DNA of 64,000 nucleotides from Octopus sinensis (lineage: Eukaryota). The position numbers were made by a program, and so were the translations under genes. The stretch spans positions 15,314,001-15,378,000 of the forward strand of contig NC_042999.1 in NCBI RefSeq assembly GCF_006345805.1, given 5' to 3'. Within the stretch, counting starts at the first letter, position 1. Every line of letters begins with the position of its first letter. Under the pieces are notes generated by a model. The model saw only the letters and a program-made list of their open reading frames with translations, was not told where the DNA came from and did not search any database. Positions 1 through 13,769 of the stretch are shown here, piece by piece.

Positions 1-370
1 CTACCACTACTGGGAAGGGGTAATTTGATTATATTGAACACAGTACTCAACAGGTACTTATTTTATTGACCTCAAAAGAATGAAAAGCACAGTTGACCTC
101 AGCAGAATTTGAACTCAGAACACAGTGACAGGTGAAATACCTATTTCTTTACTACTCACAAGGGGCTAAACACAGAGAGAACAAACAAGGACAAATGGAT
201 TAAGTTGATTATATCAACCCCAGTGCATAACTGGTACTTATTTAATCGACCCTGAAAGGATGAAAGGCAAAGTCGACCTCGTCAGAATTTGAACTCAGAA
301 CGTATCGGCAGACGAAATACCGCGAAGCATTTCGCCCGGCGTGCTAACGATTCTGCCAGCTCACTGCCTT
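1..370 (-). mobile_element. SINE family A, composite copy
   Basis: Two cores followed by the head gcatttcgcccggcgtgctaacgattctgccagctcactgcctt. Confidence 0.85.
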
Positions 371-1714
371 AATAATAATAATAAGAGGCAAGATGTGGTA
401 TGAGCACAGACCACAGGGAGTGGTGGAGTCAGAGACTTGCAAAATCATTTGGGATTTCCCAATCTGAACAGATCAGGTGCTAGAGCATAACAGACCGGAT
501 CTGGTGGTGGTGGACAAGATGTGCAACCACCGCCTTCACTGCTACTGCTGCTGCCACCACCACTGTTGCCACCGCTGCCATTGCTGCCTCTGCCACCTCC
601 ACCACCACCACCACCACCATCATAATATTTCTCCTCATTGAAAATCCATTTTGCATGTTGGCTGCGACTGAACGGTCTAATAGGCTTCACTGAGTCGGAG
701 GATTGCATTGTTCCCCAGAGTCTATTCCAACATGCTTTCTATGGCTCAAAGCCTTTTCTGATGCCAAACACCTTCCTATTATGTGCATTGAATATTTTGC
801 ATCTTTTTATGGCACCAGCACTCGTGAGATTGCCATGTGCCTTACAAAACTAAAAAGCCCACTGGAGTGAGTAGGAACATAGAAGAGGGGGAGGGGTTTT
901 ATATTTGGTAGAGAGGGGCGAAAATAGGAAAGAGGTAACAACAGGTGAAACAACAAAACAACTGTCTGCTATGATTTTCATAGCTGGTTGCCTTTCCTAA
1001 TGCCCACCACTTCCAGTGTGTACTGGGTGTAAAGTGATGAATGTTAAACTCAATGCTATAACACAAATGATGTAACACTAAATTAATACCAGTAATAATA
1101 GTTTCAAATCTTGGCACAGAGCCAGTAATTTTTGAGGGGAAAGGAAAGTTGATTACATTAACATTAGTACTCAGCTGGTAATTTTTTTATCGATCCTGAA
1201 AGGATATTTTTTAGAATGCAGAATTGCAGTTAGAATAGCAGAAATACTGGGTAATATACTCTTACAAGGCAGAAAAATTTCTCAACAACCAGCCATATCA
1301 CTCAAAGATTCTGGCTAAGTGCTTTACCATCAAGCTAAACTGCCTGCCAATGAATTCATCTGTTGAATTAGATGCTAAAATAGCGTAGCTTTATAGAACA
1401 ACCATGTGTCTCTAAATGTAAACAAACAAATATTTATTTATTTTTATTAGAAGTGTTGAAATGTGTTTTGTACAATACAAACATTTGTTTCTTTACATTT
1501 TATATACACATGATTGGTCTATAGAGCTAAACTATTTAGCATCTAATTCAGTGGATAAATTTGTCAAGCGGAGTCTTTGAGGGATATAGGTTCAAATTTC
1601 ATGGCAGGTTGTTGAATTTTTCTACCTTGTAAGGGTAAATTACCAAGTATTTCTCATGTCCTAATGGCAAATCTGCATTTACAAAAATATCAAATATCAT
1701 CTTATTTGTATCAT

Positions 1715-1762
<48 letters not shown>

Positions 1763-1774
1763 CACACACATACA

Positions 1775-1962
1775 TCCAGTATATATATAATACACATTCA
1801 GTATATATATACACACATACACACATCAAGTATGTATATAATACACACACATCAAGTATGTATATAATACACACACATCAAGTATGTATATAATACACAC
1901 ACATCAAGCATGTATATAATACACACACATCAAGTATGTATATAATACACATACATCAAGTA
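1775..1962. repeat. 26-bp minisatellite derived from a microsatellite
   Basis: Unit tatataatacacacacatcaagtatg, about 5 clean copies plus degenerate ones. Confidence 0.85.
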
Positions 1963-1963
1963 A

Positions 1964-3167
1964 TGTATATATATATGTGCATATATTTCTATATATCTAT
2001 ATATATGTTTATATATGCATATGTATGTATATATTAATGTGTATGCATGTGTATGTTTTTGTGTTTGTCCTCCACCACTGCTTGACAACCGGTGCTGGTT
2101 TGTTTACATCCCTTAATGGTTTGGCAAAAGAGACTGTTGGAATAAGTGCCAGAACTAAAGTGTAAGTGCTGGAGGCGATTTGTTCAACTAAATGCTTCAA
2201 GGCAGTGCTCCATCATGGCCACAGTCCAGCGACTGAAACAGCTAAATAATAAAATACATGAAATGAAACCTAGTATCTGAAGTTAGTATCTGAAGTTAGT
2301 ATCATGCTGTCATGGGTTGGATGGTTTGAAAAGAGCTGGCCCGCTGGGAAGCTGACCAGACCCCTATTGTCTGTTTTGGCATGGTACCTACAGCTGGATG
2401 CCCTTCCTAATGCCAACAGGGTTTACAGAGGGTGCTGGGTGCTCTCTATGTGCCACCGGTACCGGTGCATTTATGTAGCACTAGCTCAACTGCATTTTAC
2501 ATGTCACAGCACTTGTAAAAGACAAGCCTGTATGTATGGAACACTGCGATTTTACTTATCTTAATGTATGGAACACTGCGATTTTACTTATCTTAATGTA
2601 TGGAACACTGCAATTTTACTTATCTTAATGTATGGAACACTGTGATTTTACTTATCTTAATGTATGGAACACTGTGATTTTACTTATCTTAATGTATGGA
2701 AGACTACGATTTTACTTATCTTAATGTATGGAAGACTGCGATTTTACTTATCTTAAAGTGTTGTCTTAAGTACAGAAAATCACACCTCACAACCACTTGT
2801 CATTACTTCAGTGGGGCCCAGTGAAGATCCTTTTACATCACTTCATCTCATGTCTTCCTAGGTCAACCCCTTCTACTGGCTCCCTCCACAATCAGAGCTC
2901 ATGGCCACAGAAGGATTCGAACTGAGAACATTAAGGTGTTAAACTAAAAAACTAGACGCCAGTTAATCTACAACTTCACAGTCTGAAATACTGCACTAGT
3001 AACCCTGTCTGCAATAGGTTGGAGGATGAGGTTAGGCAATTACATCAACTCTAGTGCTCAATTGGTACTTATTTCATTGACCCCCACTCCCCAAAGGATG
3101 AAAGACAAAGTCGACCTCGTTGGCATTTGCACACAGAATTTAAAGAGCCAGAAGAAATGAAATACGA

Positions 3168-3200
<33 letters not shown>

Positions 3201-4646
3201 AAATAATAAGAATAATAATAATGAATTTCTTGGTGTCTATTTACTTAATGTAGAGATTCAGTTTTGCACTCAACTCTGGAAAGAAATATAGTTTTATTAG
3301 CATCAAGTTGTTATTCAGTGGAAAACTTCTCCTACAGTGCATTCTCATATTTCAGACAATTAATTCAGGATAACAAAATAAAACAGGCTATATATATATA
3401 TATATATACATACATGCATGTATATACATATATATCTATACATTCATATACACATTTACATTCATATATGTGTGTATGTATATATATATGTGCATATATT
3501 CTATATATCTATATATATGTTTATATATGCATATGTATGTATATATTAATGTGTATGCATGTGTATGTTTTTGTGTTTGTCCTCCACCACTGCTTGACAA
3601 CCGATGCTGGTTTGTTTACATCCCTTAATGGTTTGGCAAAAGAGACTGTTGGAATAAGTGTCAGAACTAAAGTGTAAGTGCTGGAGGCGATTTGTTCAAC
3701 TAAATGCTTCAAGGCAGTGCTCCATCATGGCCACAGTCCAGCGACTGAAACAGCTAAATAATAAAATACATGAAATGAAACCTAGTATCTGAAGTTAGTA
3801 TCTGAAGTTAGTATCATGCTGTCATGGGTTGGATGGTTTGAAAGGAGCTGGCCCGCTGGGAAGCTGACCAGACCCCTATTGTCTGTTTTGGCATGGTACC
3901 TACAGCTGGATGCCCTTCCTAATGCCAACAGGGTTTACAGAGGGTGCTGGGTGCTCTCTATGTGCCACCGGTACCGGTGCATTTATGTAGCACTAGCCCA
4001 ACTGCATTTTACATGTCACAGCACTTGTAAAAGACAAGCCTGTATGTATGGAACACTGCGATTTTACTTATCTTAATGTATGGAACACTGCGATTTTACT
4101 TATCTTAATGTATGGAACACTGCAATTTTACTTATCTTAATGTATGGAACACTGTGATTTTACTTATCTTAATGTATGGAAGACTACGATTTTACTTATC
4201 TTAATGTATGGAAGACTGCGATTTTACTTATCTTAAAGTGTTGTCTTAAGTACAGAAAATCACACCTCACAACCACTTGTCATTACTTCAGTGGGGCCCA
4301 GTGAAGATCCTTTTACATCACTTCATCTCATGTCTTCCTAGGTCAACCCCTTCTACTGGCTCCCTCCACAATCAGAGCTCATGGCCACAGAAGGATTCGA
4401 ACTGAGAACATTAAGGTGTTAAACTAAAAAACTAGACGCCAGTTAATCTACAACTTCACAGTCTGAAATACTGCACTAGTAACCCTGTCTGCAATAGGTT
4501 GGAGGATGAGGTTAGGCAATTACATCAACTCTAGTGCTCAATTGGTACTTATTTCATTGACCCCCACTCCCCAAGGATGAAAGACAAAGTCGACCTCGTT
4601 GGCATTTGCACACAGAATTTAAAGAGCCAGAAGAAATGAAATACGA

Positions 4647-4679
<33 letters not shown>

Positions 4680-4955
4680 AAATAATAAGAATAATAATAA
4701 TGAATTTCTTGGTGTCTATTTACTTAATGTAGAGATTCAGTTTTGCACTCAACTCTGGAAAGAAATATAGTTTTATTAGCATCAAGTTGTTATTCAGTGG
4801 AAAACTTCTCCTACAGTGCATTCTCATATTTCAGACAATTAATTCAGGATAACAAAATAAAACAGGCTATATATATATATATATATACATACATGCATGT
4901 ATATACATATATATCTATACATTCATATACACATTTACATTCATATATGTGTGTG
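1964..4955. repeat. Tandem duplication of about 1.5 kb
   Basis: 1964-3475 is near-identical to 3476-4955. The offset is 1512 before the minisatellite and 1480 after it. Paired ORFs in the track (2304/3816, 3264/4743) confirm this. Confidence 0.95.
2533..2756. repeat. 32-bp minisatellite, 7 units (6 units in the duplicate at 4045-4236)
   Basis: Unit tgtatggaacactgcgattttacttatcttaa. Confidence 0.95.
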
Positions 4956-5186
4956 TATGTATATATATTATATATATATATATATATGTGTATATACACA
5001 CATACATGATTGCTGATTATTGAATGAATGAAAAAGGAGTGCTCAATACATGTTGTAGAGGTTATAGTGTTTTGTATTGAGACCGAAGCTGAGAATTCGT
5101 TTCATAGTGTACTGGGTGAATCTGGAGTAACGAAACAAACTCTTGGCTTCAGTATCAATAAAGAAGCTATTATATATATATACATT

Positions 5187-5223
<37 letters not shown>

Positions 5224-5382
5224 AGGTGTGTGTGTGAGTATGCATGGAGATATATATATATATACATACATGTGTGTGTGTGTATGTGTATAGACATATA
5301 TATATACATACATGTGTGTGGGTATATATATAGACACACACACATATATATATATATATATAACACACAACACATATATATA

Positions 5383-5414
<32 letters not shown>

Positions 5415-5417
<3 letters not shown>

Positions 5418-6560
5418 TCATCATCATCATCGTCGTTTAACGTCCGTTCTCCATGCTAGCATGGGTTGGACGGTTCGACCGGGGTTCTGGGAAGCCAGAA
5501 GGCTGCACCAGGCTCCAGTCTAATTTGGCAATGTTCTACAGCTGGATGCCCTTCCTAACGCCAACCACTCCGTGAGTGTAGTGGGTGCTTTTTACGTGCC
5601 ACCTGCACAGGTGCCAGGCGGGGCTGGCAACGGCCACGGTCAGATTGGTGTATTTTATGTGCCACCGGCACGGAAGCCAGTCGAGGCGGTGCTGGCATCG
5701 GCCACGAGTCGGATAGTGCTTTTTACGTACCACCAGACCAGGGATCCTGGCTGGTTCATTCGATTTCGATTTCGCTTGCCCCAACATGTCTTCACAAGCA
5801 AAGGGGGTTGGCAAGGGTGCCTGTCGTACGGTCGCATTGGAGTATTCTACGTGCCACGGCCACGAGTCGGATAGTGCTTTACGTACCACCAGACCAGGGA
5901 TCCTGGCTGGTTCAATTCGATTTCGATTTCGCTTGCCCCAACATGTCTTCACAAGCAAAGGGGGTTGGCTTGGGTGCCTGTCGTACGGTCGCATTGGAGT
6001 ATTTTACGTGCCACGGCCCCGAGTCGGATAGTGCTTTTTACGTACCACCAGGCCAGGGATCCTGGCTGGTTCAATTCGGTTTCGATTTCGCTTGCCCCAA
6101 CATGTCTTCGCAGGCATGGGGAGTTGGGATGGGTGTCTGTCGTCGGATGAGGTTCTATATCGACTTCGCTTGCCTCAACCGGTCTTTGTGTCCAAGGAGG
6201 AAAGGCATTCATAAGTGGGCTGGGCTCACTTGTCCTGCCTGGTCTTCTCACGTACAGAATATTTCCAAAGGTCTCGGTCTCTGGTCATTTCCTCAGTGAG
6301 GCCTAAAGTTCGAAGGTCGTGCTTCACACCACCTCGTCCCAGGTTTTCCTGGGTCTACCTCTTCCACGGTTCCTTCAACTGCTAGGGATTGGCACTTTCT
6401 CACACACCTATCTTCATCCATTCTCGCCACATGACCATACCAGCGCAATCGTCTCTCTTGCACACCACAACTGTGCTTCTTAGGTACAACATTTCTCTCA
6501 AGGTGCTAACGCTCTGTCGAGTATGTACACTGACATTACACATCCATCGGAGCATACTTC
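5415..6560 (-). mobile_element. 5'-truncated RTE-clade LINE: ORF C-terminus, modular 3' UTR and (GAT)n tail
   Basis: Minus strand 6270-6470 encodes, with frameshifts, VQERRLRWYGHVARMDEDRCVRKC...GRGRPRKTWDEV. The tail appears as (cat)n cgtttaacgtcc at 5415-5445. There are internal ~157-nt repeats at 5700-6110. Confidence 0.85.
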
Positions 6561-6561
6561 A

Positions 6562-6597
<36 letters not shown>

Positions 6598-6599
6598 TT

Positions 6600-6977
6600 A
6601 CCAGTGCTGGTGGCATGTAAGAGAACCATCCGTTCATGACCGTTGCCAGCGCCGCCCCGACTGGCCTCGTGCAGGTGGCACGTAAAAAGCACCATCCGTT
6701 CGTGTCCATTGCCAGCCTCGCCTGGCTCCCGTGCCGGTGGCACATAAAAAGCACCATCCATTCGTGGCTGTCTGCCAGCTCTGTCTGGCACCTGTGCGGG
6801 TGGCATGTAAAAAGCACCCACTACACTCACGGAGTGGTTGGCGTTAGGAAGGGCATCCAGCCGTAGAAACACTGCCAGATCTGACTGGGCCTGATGAAGC
6901 CTTCCGGCTTCCCAGACCCCAGTTGAACCGTCCAACCCATGCTAGCATGGAAAACGGACGCTAAATGATGATGATGA
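6600..6977 (+). mobile_element. RTE 3'-end copy (SINE-like), opposite orientation to its neighbour
   Basis: Contains ggttggcgttaggaagggcatccagc...caacccatgctagcatggaaaacggacgctaaatgatgatgat. Confidence 0.85.
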
Positions 6978-7729
6978 TATATATATATATACATACACAC
7001 ACATATGAAAATACACTTTTGAGAAGAAAAGTTTCTTATACTTTTTATTTGTGACAAGCTTTTTCTGTCAGACTTTCAATTAATAGTTAGCAGACGTATA
7101 ACAATTATTATTATTTTTTTTCTTTGTAACTCCCTCAGTTTTCACAATAAGCAGTTCAATAAATAAAAATCAGTACCTCCTCCCTTGCCAACCACAAACA
7201 CACACAAACACACACAAACACACATACACAAACACACCTATATATAATAATATATTAATGAAGAAGTAAACTAGCTTTCCTGGAGCTATTAACAAAACTT
7301 TGTTCCCAGACTTGAATCAACAGTCTGAAATTATATTTTATTTTATTTCTTTTTTCCACTCTATATTTGTTGCTGTGTATGAGATGACATTTCAAAAACA
7401 AGAGTTTTTGAAAAGTGAATTAATAGTCTACGATGTTTTATTAATTGATTTCTCATAACATTTCAGATTTGGTGGTTGGTGTGGGTGACTGGGGGGGGGT
7501 ATGTGTCTTCGTGTACCCAGCTACCTTCTCCATAAGGTGTGATGTAAATATATAAACGCAGTAGGTGGCAAATTGGCAGTCTCGTTGGAAATGGTGGATA
7601 CAATAATAATAATAATAATAATGACGATAATAATGCCTTGCGGTATTTATTCTGGATTTCTCTGTGTTCTGTGTTCAAATCCTGCTGAGGTTAATTATTT
7701 TGTAAACTAAGTGATTAAGTATGGTGTAT

Positions 7730-7945
7730 ACTACTTCAGTAACTACTACTATTACTACCACAACTACTACTACCACCACTACCACAACTACTACTACCAC
7801 CACCACCACCACTACAACTACTACTACCACCACCACCACTACTACCACCACCACCACAACTACTACTACCACCACCACCACCACTACTACCACCACCACC
7901 ACCACCATCACTACTACTACCTCTACTACCACTACTACTACTACT
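7730..7945. repeat. (TAC/CAC)n trinucleotide microsatellite
   Basis: Directly visible. It explains the poly-T/V/G/H ORFs. Confidence 0.95.
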
Positions 7946-8099
7946 TGCTTGCTTTCTCCCTAGAATTTCACTGTTGTTACACTCAAGGAGTGATGGTCTC
8001 TGTTGGGTTGAAACTGCCCAAGACATGCCATACCTTATAACACTACCTTATAAATATCAAGAGTTGTCAGCCATATTATGATAAGATATATAATATTAA

Positions 8100-8910
8100 T
8101 TTCAAATTTTGGTACAAGGCCAGCAATTTTTGGGGTGGGATTATGTCAGTTGCATCGGCCCCAGTACTCAACTTGTAATTATTTTATCAGCCTCCAAAAG
8201 GATGAAAGGCAAAGTCAACCATGGCAGAATTTGAACTTAGAACGTGAAGACAGACAAAATGCTTAGCATGTTAACGATTCTGTCAGCTTGTGCCTCTAGT
8301 CTAGGCACAAGGCCCGAAATTTTTGGGGAGGGTGGGCGTTGGCATTCGATAAGATTGACCCCAGTATGCAACTGATACTCAATTTATCGACCCCGAAAAG
8401 ATGAAAGTCAAAGTCGACTTTGGTGGAATTTGAACTCAGAACGTAAAGACAGATGAAATACCGCTAAGCATTTCGCCCGGCGTACTAACATTTCTGCCTG
8501 AAAATGCTATATTCTTTTCTATTCTAGGCACAAGGCCCAAAATTTTTGGGGAGGGGGCCAGTCAATTAGATCAACCCCAGTATGCAACTGGTACTTTATC
8601 GACCCCAAAAGAATGAAAGGCAAAGTCAACCTTAGTGGAGTTTGAACTCAGAACATAAAGACAGACGAAATACCTATTTCTTTACTACCCACAAGGGGCT
8701 AAACACAGAGAAGACAAACAAGGACAGACAAACGGATTAAGTCGATTATATCGACTCCAGTGCGTAACTGGTACGTATTTAATCAACCCCGAAAGGATGA
8801 AAGGCAAAGTTGACCTCGACGGAATTTGAACTCAGAACATTAAAGACAGACGAAATACCACTAAGCATTTCACCTGGCATGTTAACGTTACTGCCAGCTC
8901 ACTGCCTTTA
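8100..8910 (-). mobile_element. Cluster of SINE family A copies
   Basis: Four repeats of the gatgaaaggcaaagtc.acc...gaatttgaactcagaac core in 800 nt. Confidence 0.85.
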
Positions 8911-9434
8911 AGGAAGCATAATGTTAAGGTGATTCTCTGCTTATTTATATTTTTCCAAATTGTGACCCAAGGCCAGCAAATTATTTTGTTGGGGCAGTGG
9001 TAAGTCATATCACCCCAACCCCAATGCGTAACAGGTACTTTGTTTTATTGACCTTGAGAGAATGAAATGCAAAATCAATCTCAACAGGATTTGAACTCTG
9101 AACATCAAGAGAGCTGGAAGAAATGCCTCTAAGGATTTCTTCTGATGTGCCAAAAAATTCTGCTAGCTCCCTGTCTTAACCTTTTGGCATTCAGGTTAAT
9201 TTGTTAAATGTAAGGCTTGTTTATTCACATGGTTTTTAATCAATCATGCATTATCTCACAACTTCAAGATTTTGATGATGAGTTTGTTTAAATTTAGAAT
9301 GACATTATAGGTTATGTGTGAGAGGTCAAATCTGGCTGGTTTGATTATAAAACAGGTAGAATATTAGGGCTGGATATGGCTGATTTAACTGCTAAAGGGT
9401 TAAAGAATAAAAAATAATTCAAGGTACCTATATA

Positions 9435-10841
9435 TTGGGTCATCACATAATGCTTTATACTTTTATTTTTCAAAATTAAGATAAACAAAGTTCTTTTTTA
9501 ATCTAAAAAATACACTCTCCTTCATTTTCTACAATGTTCTTCCATCTATTTGGCAGACATGCAAGGCCCATCTTCCAAAATTCATTTGTCTGTGATGAAA
9601 AATAACTTTTCCAGTACTGTTCTGACCTTGTCTACAGAATTCATATTTTTTCCGTTCAATTGATTTTGAAGAATGATAATCAGATGGGGCAATGTTCGGC
9701 GAATATTGTGGCTGGGGAATTGTTTTTCATTCATTGAAACCAGAGCTGGTCATGTTCTGATGGCATGCAGGTATCAATGAATGGTTGGATGACCAACTCC
9801 AAGCTTCTCTGCTAGTTACAATGGGATTTTGTTCCGCCAGGATTTGCAGGATATCCTTGTTGAGCTCTACAGATTTTCCAAGAAGTGGTATGTCTTCTAA
9901 GCTGTAGTTTCCGGCACAGAATTTCTGGAACCACCATTGACATTGGCTTACACTTAATGTCTGATCCCTATGTACTACATTAATATTCCTTGCATTTTCT
10001 ATTGCATTGTTATCTTAGCAAAATATGCCAAACATGCTCCTTTGTCACTTCTATTATAACTTTGAAAAAAAATAACTTATGATTGAACTGCACTCTTCAA
10101 AACTTGCATTAAAATAATAATAATGAAATTATTGTATACAGTGCTCAGGTGCACCACAACTTGTCAGAAAGTGTGTATAAAGTATATGCAGTAATGTACA
10201 AATGTCTGGAAAGTGAACAATGTACGAGTCAGATACATGCTTGTGTGTGTATGGAGGGGAGAAAATCAGGTGTAGTGTTGGCGAGTCTCAGGAAGCATGG
10301 AAGTTTTGAAGGATGCAGTGATCCGACACCGGCAGTTTGTTCCATGCTTCAGCAACTCTCAGCGTGAAAAAAATGTTTCCTAAAGTCATGGGAGCTGTGC
10401 TGTTTTCTGACTTTGTAAATATGTCCATGGGTGTTAGACACGATGGTGTTTGAAAAGGTGCTCAGAGTTATTGTTTGTAAGATGGTTAATAATTTTATGG
10501 GTGTCTGCCAAGTCAGCTGCCAGACGTCGGAGTTTCAATGTGTCCATGCCCAGGGAAGTAAGGCATTCAGAATATGGCAAATGCCTGATGGAGAGTATTC
10601 TTTTGGTTGCACGTCGCTGAACGGCTTCCAGACGATTAATATCCTGGGCAAGATAGGGGTTCCAGACCGGTGATGCAAATTCCAGGTGAGGTCTTACCAT
10701 AGCTATATAAAGCCTTACGAGTAAGGACAAAGTAAAATTACTACCTGCTTTTATAGCAAGTTGATGCAGGTAGTTTATCCCATCCCCCTCGTGCTTTTAA
10801 TTCATGCAATTGAAGAAAACCACATTTATAGGATGACCCAA
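9435..10841 (-). mobile_element. Decayed mariner-type DNA transposon interrupted by a CR1 fragment
   Basis: TA-ttgggtcatcacataa ... ttataggatgacccaa-TA termini. The minus strand near 9675-9720 encodes PQYSPNIAPSDYH, matching the mariner YSPDLAPSDY motif. Confidence 0.75.
10113..10730 (-). mobile_element. 5'-truncated CR1-clade LINE
   Basis: ORF 10434-10730 encodes LYIAMVRPHLEFASPVWNPY...INRLEAVQRRATKRI...LPYSECLTSLGMDTLKLRRLAADL, typical of the CR1 ORF2 C-terminus. There is an (ATT)n tail at about 10113. Confidence 0.9.
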
Positions 10842-11601
10842 TATTATTTAAGTAAACAACAATTTTCAGCTAGTTGACAACTACTTCTTCAGAACCCTTT
10901 CAGCATTCCACAGAGTTTACTTTACTAGTACACCGAGAGCTCATTACTTCCATACACCTACCACAGGCAAATTATCTTTTCACAGTCAGTCTATGTTTGG
11001 TTCCACTACACTTATACACTCATAGATGAAACTAGACAACTGACTAAATATATTGACTGGGAAAAATATTCTGGCTGTCTCAAGGTATTTCTCTGATGTC
11101 AGATTTTTCCAACTGTTGCAACGTTGAATGGTGAACACTAGAAGGGATATAAGCAGTAAAATAAAAATTAATCTTACCAATAAACCAATGTTCTTTCTAC
11201 TGAAGCCAACTTATTAAAAGAAGAATGAAAACAATACAGCTTCAAATTATATACATATATATATATATGGTCAGACATCAAAGAGGCTGGCTTTGGCCGA
11301 TGCTCTTTTTATTGTTTTTACTTTATATATGTATATGGCATATATATATATATATATATATATAATGGCAAATATATATGCATATATCTATACATACATG
11401 CATACATACATACACATATGTATATCTATATATACATACATATATCTACATATATGTATATCTATGTATACATATATACATCTATATATACAAACATATA
11501 TCTATCTATCTATATATATATATATATATATATATATTGGCTAAACTGGCAAAATGACCATTCCTAAATACAATACACACACACACACACTCACTCACTG
11601 T

Positions 11602-11643
<42 letters not shown>

Positions 11644-12904
11644 CGGGGTGCAGTGAATGAATTGTCATCTAAATTATACAAAAATGAAAATAACATTGAC
11701 ATCTCATTTTCACAGATATATTTACCAAAATTACATAAAAATATCTTGAAATACTAAAGAGTAAATTTATTCAATAAAATCGCCATTAGCTTCAACAATG
11801 GCCGCCAGACAACTTTGGAATCTCCTGCAACTCTTCTGGATGGTCTTCTTGTTTAAGTTGGCTAATGCTGCCATAATCCTTGCCTTCAGTTCATCTTTGG
11901 TGTTTCAAGGTATTTTGTTGGTCTTTCAATCAACTGCACCCCACATATAATAATCAAAGGGGTTGCAGTCTGGGGATTTAGAGGTGAAGTAGTCACAGAA
12001 ATTGTCTGACGGCCAAGATTGAGTTCTCCTGCTTGTGTGGCATGGTACAGAGTCCTGTTGCCATACATAGGGTCTTCCAGCAGCCGCCCTCTTGACCCAG
12101 GGCAGCACTACCTCCTTCAGGCACTTGATTTAGGCCTCTGTGTTGAGTCTCAGATTGTGTAGGAAGATGAGTGGAGGCATATCATCATCATCACTAGTGA
12201 TCACTCCCAACTCCATGATGTTGACTGGATGTTTGATTTTTATCACTCTCAGTACATGTTTTGGGGACATGGAAAGCCAATGTTCTGTGTGTTCACCATC
12301 TTATCCTGGCAGAAATTTTTGTTGTCTGAGAAAAACCAAAGCATGTTCAGTTGGAGGGGATGCTTGAGTTTGTTCAAATGCTTCGTAGTGTGGTCTTTCC
12401 TCTTGTCCTTGATGGCTTGGGATAAAAATTGGCCCTTTCTTATCTTGTATGAGGAATACCAAATGTCTTCATCCACTACCTGCTTGATATAAGAAACTCA
12501 GACACTCCCATGTCACTGGTGATAGACCTCATTGACATGGAGGGATCATTGTCAATCATGGCTTGGATCTCACCAACAAATTCAGGAGTACTTTTCTTAT
12601 CAGAATGATCAGAGTCAGTTTTCCAAGCTGCCATACCTTTGTAATTACCATTTCTGAATCCTTTGCATTGTGCAACTCTTTCCGAATTCTACTCTTTCCA
12701 AATCCTCAGCACTATCCTCAGATTGACACCCAAACACTCTGAAATTTTTCCAAATTTCTAACAAAGTGAATTACATCATGGTGCTGTTTTTATTATGGAC
12801 AATGCTCAACTGACTCTACTATACAGTGTAGGTGACAAAATCAAAACCAAGCAATGCACGAAATTAAAAATATAAAATGGTAACAATTTACCCATTGCAC
12901 TCTG
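11644..12904 (-). mobile_element. Decayed Tc1/mariner transposon (DD37D/maT-like), frameshifted transposase
   Basis: TA-flanked imperfect TIRs cggggtgcagtgaatgaattgtca / taacaatttacccattgcactctg. Fragments encode WFFSDNKNF, YVWQQDSVPCHTS and SPDCNPFDYYMWGAV. Confidence 0.85.
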
Positions 12905-13478
12905 TATATTTGTGCATGTATATATGTATATATACTGGGAAAAGGTGGTGAGTATTCAGGGAATCCAGATAAACACCTGAGTTAGCACTCTATATGAAAT
13001 CTAGGTTAACAGATAAAGAGAGGAAACAAAAAAAACATCTAGTGGATCCAAAATATTCCACAAAAACTCCAGAAAGCATTTATCTGTTGTAGTGTATAAA
13101 ATAAAACAAACAAAAGATTAAAGATATAGGCATTGCATTTATTAATCATTTATGATTGTTTCAATAACCAGTGGGATTATTATATCAATCATCATGATAG
13201 ATCATATAAAGTACATCTGGATTATCTAAGTTATGATATAATGGATCGGGATTTTCTTTTGATATTACATAGATTTAAGGCAATGAGCTGGACAAAATGC
13301 TTTGTGGCATTTTGCCCATCTTTATGTTCTGAATTTAATTTCCACGAAAGTTGCCTTTGTTTCTATCTTTTTGGGGTTGATAAAATAAGTTCCAGTTGAA
13401 GACTAGGGTCAATGTAATCCCTGAAATTGCTGGTGCTGTTCCAAAATGTGAAACTAACATTACATGGACACATATAAA

Positions 13479-13518
<40 letters not shown>

Positions 13519-13769
13519 TTAACATGTATGAGGAACCCGTTTTTGTGAAAAATTAGGTTAAAGAAATATGGGAGTTTCTTACACATGGATAGTATTATAA
13601 TCCCTTACAAAACCTTTTTTTTCCAAATTTTAAGCCCCCAAAATTAGGAGGTTCCTTATACACAATAGTTCCTTATACACATTAAAATACAGTATATATA
13701 TATGATCCAGCATGTTGATATAACAATCCCACTAGTTTTGATTTATTATATTTTATATATATATAATCA

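Noticed and set aside
445-708. Gly-rich 87-aa ORF
   Set aside because: Driven by (CCA/CTG)n repeats. The flank (agagcataacagaccggat, EHNRPD on the + strand) looks like an RLE retrotransposon scrap rather than a gene.
7675-8040. Poly-Thr/Val/Gly/His proteins (mucin-like)
   Set aside because: Trinucleotide microsatellite with no splice or domain context.
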